A DNA stretch of 63,907 bases, counting the filler, from Thraustochytrium aureum (taxonomy: Eukaryota), in the NCBI GenBank assembly GCA_012862495.1. It is 5 parts of 3 records of this genome, joined end to end, with 100 filler letters (N's around TTAATTAATTAA, not from the genome) between each part and the next. Parts side by side here need not be neighbours in the genome. Positions count along the whole stretch, not along the records: positions 56,486 to 61,426 come from BLSG01000088.1; positions 61,527 to 62,656 come from BLSG01000088.1; positions 62,757 to 63,907 come from BLSG01000088.1; 2 more parts are not named here. One strand, given 5' to 3'. This document shows positions 58,092 through 63,907 of this stretch, in pieces. Below the pieces are notes generated by a model. The model was not told where the DNA came from, made no database searches, and saw only the letters and a program-made list of their open reading frames with translations. The position numbers and the translations under genes are program-made. Every line of letters starts with the position of its first letter. Within the stretch, counting starts at the first letter, position 1.

Positions 58092-59965
58092 ATGACCTGG
58101 GATCCCAGCGATCGCGGCGCGGCTTCGTCCATCCCGCGCGACGCCGCACACGCCAGGGTGGGCGAGCTGCTCGACGTGCTGGACGCGGACAGGCATTGGC
58201 GGGAGGCCGTGGTCGTCCGCGTGGATGAGAGAGAGGTGGGCTGGGCGCTCGTGCACTTTTTGTTCGAGCCCCAGGAGCGTGACGCGTGGGTTGACACCGG
58301 CGATAGGGCCGCGGTGCGGCCGTATGGGTCGCAGTGCCTGACGCCCACGTCGGACCCGAGGGACCTCATGCCCGGCACGCTTGTCGAGCTGCTGGACATT
58401 CACCCTGCCGTGATGAAGCACGTGATTGGAAGCGTGGTGGCTGTCGATAGAGAGCAAGCCAAGGCCAGAGTTCGCGTCGGGTACCACGAGGAGACGGTGG
58501 ACATCTTTGAGCTGAGCCCCGTCGGAACGCAGACTTTCGACGAAGACCACCCCGACAATATTGCCCGCGCTCGGTTCATCAGCGATATGGAGCAAGAGGA
58601 GGGCCTCGGCGTCGCGTCGCAGCGGCGGCGGGTGCGAGCGCGGCGAGCCGACATCGGCGGGTCGCGCTCGATCCTGCGCTCGAGGAGGATACGCTCTCCC
58701 GGGAGCGACGAGGAGGCCTTTGGCGACGAGGAGGGGGCGCGAGCACGAAGGGCAGCGCGCTCCCCGTCCTGGAGCGAGGAGGCGAAGGGGCGAGACTCGG
58801 CGGACAACTCTGAGGAGGAAAACTGGCAACCGAGCCGGAAGCGGCGGCACCAGCGCGGGATCGGCGCGGGCGGGCCGAGGTTTTCCCTGTACGTGCAAGC
58901 GCTGCGCATGCGCGGTTTGGCGCTCGCCGAGATGGCAGGGGACGGCAACTGCCTGTTCCGCGCAGTGAGCCACCAGGTGTACGGGTCGCCTCAGTTCCAC
59001 GGGATCGTGCGGGAGCGGTGCATGGACTACATGGAGAGCGAGAGCGCCTACTTTGAGCCGTTCGTCGTCGGCAACCACGCGGCGTACCGGGCTTACATCG
59101 CCTACAAGCGCCGCGACGGCGTCTGGGGCGATGACATCGAGCTGCAGGCCATGTGCGAGATCTATGACCGCCCGGCAGAGGTGTTCGCCTTTGACCCCGC
59201 AGAGGGTGCGCGCATGCTCCGCACGTTCCACGAAGACACGCGGCACCGGCCTCCGATGAGGCTCTCGTTCTACGGAGGCGGACACTATGACTCCATCGTC
59301 GGGCCTGGGTTCCACGACGCGCTGTTGAGCAGCGACCTCGCCGGGCTGCCCGAGGCCGAGCGCGTGGAGCTTTCTCGCGCGAGGCGAGCGGGCCGCCCCG
59401 AAAGGGAGATCGCCGCTCGGCTGTCCGCAAACCAGGCGCAGGACCAAGAACAGCGCGACGACGCCATCAAGGCGTCAAGGCGGCTGTACATGTCTGCAGG
59501 GGGCGACCTCGATAGCGCGCTCGACGAGTCGCTGCGCATGGTTGAGCGGGAGGAGAAGACCTCGTTGGACCCGGCGCTGCGCGAGTCCTCTGCGAACGCG
59601 GACCTCGAGATGGACGAGAGACTCGCGCTGCAGGCGTCCGACCTGGAAGCCACCGAGCAAGCAGAGCTGCAACAAGTGCAGCGGCTGAGCCAGATTGACG
59701 CCGGCCTGCCTGGCGCAGCGGCAGCGGGGCGAGTGGCGCCTCTGCTACGCTGGGCGGGGCTGGCGGAGTTGAAAGTCTTTCGGAGGACGAGCAGCTTGCT
59801 GCAGCGCTGCGTTTGAGCTGCGAAGGTGGCGGCGCTACGGGGGCGCTGCAGAGTCCCGCGCACGCTTCCAGTGTGCTCGGAAGCGCGCCAGGGTTGAGCG
59901 ACGAAGAACGAGAGCTGCAGCTTGCGATTCAGATGTCTCTCGGGGGCCAGGGGTCGGGTCGATAA
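58092..59965 (+). CDS. OTU-domain deubiquitinase (OTUD5-like) with N-terminal Tudor/Agenet-like domains and C-terminal UIMs; frameshift near 59728
   Basis: GDGNCLFRAVSHQVYG (catalytic Cys), WGDDIELQAMCEIY, LSFYGGGHYDS (His). An alternative frame after the G run near 59726-59729 gives UIMs SEDEQLAAALRLS and DEERELQLAIQMSL, ending at TAA 59963-59965. Confidence 0.9.
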
Positions 59966-60224
59966 CGCTTCGCTGCAAGGCCTGCAGCACCGGAGTTGAA
60001 AACCCGCGGCAATGCTTGGCGGGCTCTGCAATTGCAATCCTACACTGCCCTAACTCCGCAATCCTGCTGGGGTGGCCGCGCAGTCTGGTTGGTTGGTCTG
60101 TTCATGAAGAAGAAAAAAAACAGGGTAAATAAACTTTTGAATAGCTAGCTGGTTCGCGTGCCCTGCGCTCGCCCGGGCTGGAGCTTGGAAGGCAGGACGA
60201 ACGTCTGTCAGCCGCGCCGCCAAC

Positions 60225-61426
60225 TCACATTCGCGACCTGAGGTTGCACTGGCGCTTCGGCAAGGGCGGCGCGTCAGCCGCAATGTACATCACGGGCATG
60301 GGGTTTGAGAAGTTGCGGCCGTCGTTTGTGACCTGCACAAACGCGGCCATGTCCGAGCTGCACGCCAGGAGTTCGGGCGGGGCCTGAAAAAAGAGCACGC
60401 TTTCCGAGAACACCTCCAGGTTTGGCGCAGGCAGCGAGATCCACTCGTCGTCGTGCGGTCCGCGCTCGCCCGACAGCGCAGCACGACCCGGCTCGGACTG
60501 CTCCAAAGCGCGCAAACAGGCCTCGTCACACTCTGCACGCTTGACTCTAAACACGCATTGCAGGCGGTCGGAGCGCACAAACGGCGTCCCCACAACATGC
60601 AGAGTCTGCGAAGGCCCGGCAGAGCGCGAGACCACTGCGTGGCTCAGGGCGCGCAAGGTCACCTCGCGCCGCCGCTTGAGCACGCTCTTGTGCGAGAAAG
60701 CGTAAAAGGGCGTCGAAAACACGCAGACCCGCTGGGCTGCGCCGGCCTCGGCCTTTACGGCGCCGCTCGCGAGCGACTTGGCTTTGCCGGCGCTGTCGAG
60801 CGTGATGCGCAACACAAACTCCTTTTCGGCGTGCTTTGGCGATGCCACGCTCACGCTGAGGTCGTCAAAGCTGACGCGCCCCCCGGCTGCGATCGGCTTC
60901 GTGAGGGTCCCGCCGAGCGTTGGGACCACAGTATCCGTGTCGGTTGCGTAACAGAGCTCGACAGTGGCGCTGCAGCACTCTGCAGATGGGACCTTGAGCA
61001 CGCGCACGACACAGGAGAAGGTCCTGTTCTCGTTCTTGGTGCGCGTCCGAATTTCGAGGGGCGGCTGCGCCTCAACCTGGAGGAACTCGTTCGCGCTGCT
61101 CGAGGAGCGGTGCAGCAGCGCGAGGTCGCTCGCTATCGCCACGCGCGGAGGGGGCGTCGCGTGCTCCGGGGACGCAGCGGCAGCAGCGGCGGCGGCTGTC
61201 GGGGCGGCGTTTTCGCCAGGCTCTGTTGCTAGCACTGGGAGGTTCTCGCCCTCGGCGGCAAACATGCTGGCCTCCTCAAAGCTCATGGGCGACATGAGGA
61301 TCTGGTCGCGCCTCTTTGACTTTTTGCCCACTTGGCGGCGCTCTTCCACGTCAAGCTGGCCGAGCGCCCGCTCAAACTCCTCGTCCAAGCTGCTCGCGCC
61401 GTCTTCGACGTCATGTCCTTCCTTTC
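60225..61426 (-). CDS. Putative Ig-fold (Rel/STAT/velvet-like) DNA-binding protein with IPT/TIG domain; 5' end truncated at the linker
   Basis: LQVEAQPP, FDDLSVSVAS...EFVLRITL, VFSTPFYAFSH, basic KRRR. Then an IPT-like segment LHVVGTPF...LQCVF...LFFQAPP...VQVTNDGRNFS. The frame is open to the contig edge. Confidence 0.6.
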
Positions 61427-61470
61427 NNNNNNNNNNNNNNNNNNNNNNNNNNNNNNNNNNNNNNNNNNNN

Positions 61471-61482
61471 TTAATTAATTAA
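61471..61482. other. Artificial linker TTAATTAATTAA
   Basis: Same N-flanked linker. Confidence 0.97.
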
Positions 61483-61816
61483 NNNNNNNNNNNNNNNNNN
61501 NNNNNNNNNNNNNNNNNNNNNNNNNNGTCTCTACTCTCGCAGCTCGAGATGCATCTGTTTTCGCAGGCCCATGTCGACGCGATGGCGCGCCGTGCCGCCG
61601 CCGTGAGCGCCGACGGCATCGACATTCGCCCGCTCGCGAAGCCGCGCTGCTGGCCGGCTGTCTGGCTCGGGTTCTCGTCGGCTTGGTGTGGCGCGATGGC
61701 CATGGCGGTCAAGGCGATGATCGCCGGCCATGGCGGCAATGGCGGCCATGGAGTGCCGGCCGGCCACGGCGTCGAGCTGGACTTGGCGTCCAACTCTAAC
61801 AATGCAAAGTCTGTCT

Positions 61817-61894
61817 TGGCACGCTGGCAAAGGCCTGGCGCGATGGCAAAGGCTTGGCACGCTGGCAAAGGCTTGGAGCGACGGCAAAGGCTTG
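61817..61894. repeat. 19-bp tandem repeat TGGC(A/G)CG(C/A)TGGCAAAGGCT-like x4
   Basis: Direct observation. Confidence 0.85.
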
Positions 61895-62361
61895 TCAAAT
61901 GCGGGAGTCGCGCACGCCACAACGCATGCGAAGACGACGACGTTGATCAACTGTACGTACTCAAGTACTCTGCGAACTCGCGTGCGCGGCAGGAGGACTG
62001 GGAACAGCATACGGGATAGAGAATGGGATAGATAACGGAAGAAGCTTGTGAAGAAAGGAAGTGAAAAGCTCGACCACCTCGGCAGCCTGACTAGGGCGAC
62101 CGAGTCTTGGTCGAGTAGAGCAAAACGTTGAGGGCAGGGAAGTCGTGAGTTGTGTGCGGGCCGTGGTAGCCGGCCGACCGGCCTGCGAGCAGGGCGGCGG
62201 CGGCTGGAGAGATGTCGTGGTTGTGATACAAAGAAGCTGCCCAGGAGGCTGGTCCTTTGGAATGTTGAGGTTGGGACGTGATCCGCCTCTAGCGTACGAG
62301 GGCCATTTGGCGCGCGTCCGCAGACGCAGACGCGCAAGGCCGCCGGGTTGCAGGCTGACGC

Positions 62362-62655
62362 TCACGGACGAGCGGGGCCGTCGGCCTGTGGGTTGGCGGG
62401 CGAAGACATTTCGGCCTTGACAGCCTCGAGCACCTTTAAGGCGTCCGAGAGAGTCTTTGGCTTGGCAATGCCCTTTGCTTTGAGCGAACGCGACCCCGCA
62501 GCCGTGGCATGCAGCGGGAGAATCTTGTCCGGATCGGAGGCGCCCTCGATCCCGTAGACGTCGATGTAGCGGGCCTCGACAGCTTGCGCGGCCTCCGTTT
62601 CTGTCTTGAAAGACCCGACGTTCTGGATGCGGCCGTCGACCCAGGCCCGCGCGAT
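62362..62655 (-). CDS. C-terminal fragment of an AP2-domain DNA-binding protein (absent from the ORF track)
   Basis: Manual translation from the contig edge: IARAWVDGRIQNVGSFKTETEAAQAVEARYIDVYG...GPARP*. This matches the AP2 pattern (AR..DG....G.F.TE.EAA.A......YG); 98 codons including the stop. Confidence 0.65.
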   Translation of the reverse strand: MARAWVDGRIQNVGSFKTETEAAQAVEARYIDVYGIEGASDPDKILPLHATAAGSRSLKAKGIAKPKTLSDALKVLEAVKAEMSSPANPQADGPARP

Positions 62656-62700
62656 CNNNNNNNNNNNNNNNNNNNNNNNNNNNNNNNNNNNNNNNNNNNN

Positions 62701-62712
62701 TTAATTAATTAA
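62701..62712. other. Artificial linker TTAATTAATTAA
   Basis: Same N-flanked linker. Confidence 0.97.
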
Positions 62713-62825
62713 NNNNNNNNNNNNNNNNNNNNNNNNNNNNNNNNNNNNNNNNNNNNCTCCGCGCACCCGCCCGCCCGCGCCCTTGCGCGACTGAGCCAAT
62801 TCACCTCTGGGCCTTGACGTTAACA

Positions 62826-63014
62826 ACGGAAACATCCGTGAACAACGCACGAGCGGAGGCGATAGGATACATACGGAAACATCCGTGAACAACGTACTTC
62901 ATTTTCCCGCGGCAACGGAGTGCTTCGCTAACAACGCCTGTGCGCGCCAATCACGGAATCGTCCGTCTACAACGGGTTGATTCCGCAAACCACGGAAACA
63001 TCCGTTAGCGAACG
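62826..63014. repeat. Interspaced array of five ~22-bp repeats, consensus ACGGAaacaTCCGTgaACAACG, with unique 16-25 bp spacers
   Basis: Copies at 62826, 62873 (identical to the first), 62915, 62953 and 62992; partial ACGGAA heads at 63030 and 63049. Confidence 0.8.
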
Positions 63015-63907
63015 TTTACTCCGCAGGACACGGAAGTACGCGCCAAGTACGGAAATGCCTTTCTCCAGAACAGTCAGAACAGGAGTCTCCAACGGCTCCT
63101 TGGCCGCGAGCGACAAAGCCGCTTGGTTGCAGGCCGCCGTGGATGGCCGGGCCGACCAGTCAAGTGGAGCCCTCCACCTCGCGCGCGATCCGTCGCGCTG
63201 CCTGCGCCCCTGGCAGCTGCGCTGGCGCGTCCGCAGGTATAACGGCGAATCTGCCGCGACTGCTCGCGTGGCTGGCAAGGGCCTTTTCCGGTGCCAAACG
63301 CCCGCAGTATCACCTACCCGTAGAGGTTGGCGAGAGGATAAAATCTGCCCGGAATCTTTCTTCGCGACTGATGAGAGGGCGACAAATCCGCCTGTCGCGA
63401 AGAACAGAGCGAGCGCGGGAACCCGCGGCAGACACGCGGATATCGTACTGCTGTGAGGCGCTGCCACACAGACACACCTTCGCCACGCCGACAGACCGAG
63501 GCGGAACAAGCCCTCTCCCACACAGCTACGCGCCTGAGGAAGCAGCGCTCCGCGAAGGTACTCCCAGACCCTACGAAGGAGTAGAGCACGAGTAGTCCAC
63601 CTTCTCATCACCGTGTACTAGCTAGTAGAGTACTAGTACTGAGTAGGTATTGTACGCACTCGTTTTATTTGTTTTCCATTCAAGTCTTTTGCGCAAGTCC
63701 TTCAGTTTTTATCGTTTTTATTTGTTTTTTCACGACAAGAAAGCAGTATTTCCATGCTCTCGTAGGTAGAGTACTCTACTAGTAGGCGTGGAGAGCGACG
63801 AGGTGCTGGCGACCGGCAGCAGACACCCAACGAGCGCGACGGGGCCGTGGCAGCTGCACTGTGCGCAGGCACCGCCGCGCAGCGGTAGGTACTGGTGGTT
63901 GCTTTGC

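Noticed and set aside
57141..59447. 768-aa minus-strand ORF and many other long antisense or alternative-frame ORFs
   Set aside because: Shadows of GC-rich coding sequence or repeats with no recognisable motifs. ORFs spanning N runs are inflated by X residues.
5300..59735. Programmed frameshifting, tiny introns, pseudogenes or a variant genetic code as the cause of broken ORFs
   Set aside because: There is no shared slippery motif or GT-AG boundary, both +1 and -1 events occur, and there are no in-frame nonsense substitutions. Sequencing indels are the simpler explanation.
61527..61800. Possible tail of a zinc-finger protein (QLEMHLFSQAH)
   Set aside because: The Cys ligands would lie beyond the contig edge, so evidence is insufficient.
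29704..62756. Repeated TTAATTAATTAA palindrome (four copies)
   Set aside because: Always centred in fixed-length N runs and encodes stops in all six frames. It is an assembly linker, not biology, and gene adjacency across it is unreliable.
62826..63014. Formal CRISPR call for the repeat-spacer array
   Set aside because: Spacers are short and uneven (16-25 bp), repeats are degenerate and no cas genes are visible. Kept as an unexplained array instead.

Overview
GC-rich, gene-dense, apparently intron-poor eukaryotic DNA. A stramenopile such as a thraustochytrid/labyrinthulomycete is inferred from gene content and style, not proven. This is a draft assembly with many N gaps and four artificial N44-TTAATTAATTAA-N44 linkers (29748, 56430, 61471, 62701), so the window is five independently joined pieces. 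Single-base indels, mostly at short G/C runs, split many genes across frames. About 22 genes are recognisable: C2CD3, a chimeric class C GPCR, an SDR, DAP3, HSPA12-like, a scramblase fragment, phosphagen kinase, a HET-like/TPR protein, SPPL protease, an ankyrin protein, G-beta, Maf, TTC29, VPS26C, WDR75, a RanBP2 zinc-finger protein, a CEP164-like WW-repeat protein, calponin, TMEM50, EF-hand-EML, an OTU deubiquitinase, an Ig-fold+IPT transcription-factor-like protein and an AP2 fragment. Three observations stand out. (1) A class C GPCR whose ectodomain is a bacterial ABC-type sugar-binding protein plus an Fn3-associated linker, hidden by two frameshifts. (2) A Rel/NFAT/velvet-like DNA-binding domain followed by IPT/TIG. 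(3) A short array of palindromic 22-bp repeats with unique spacers near the window end. All family assignments come from remembered motifs, not database searches.
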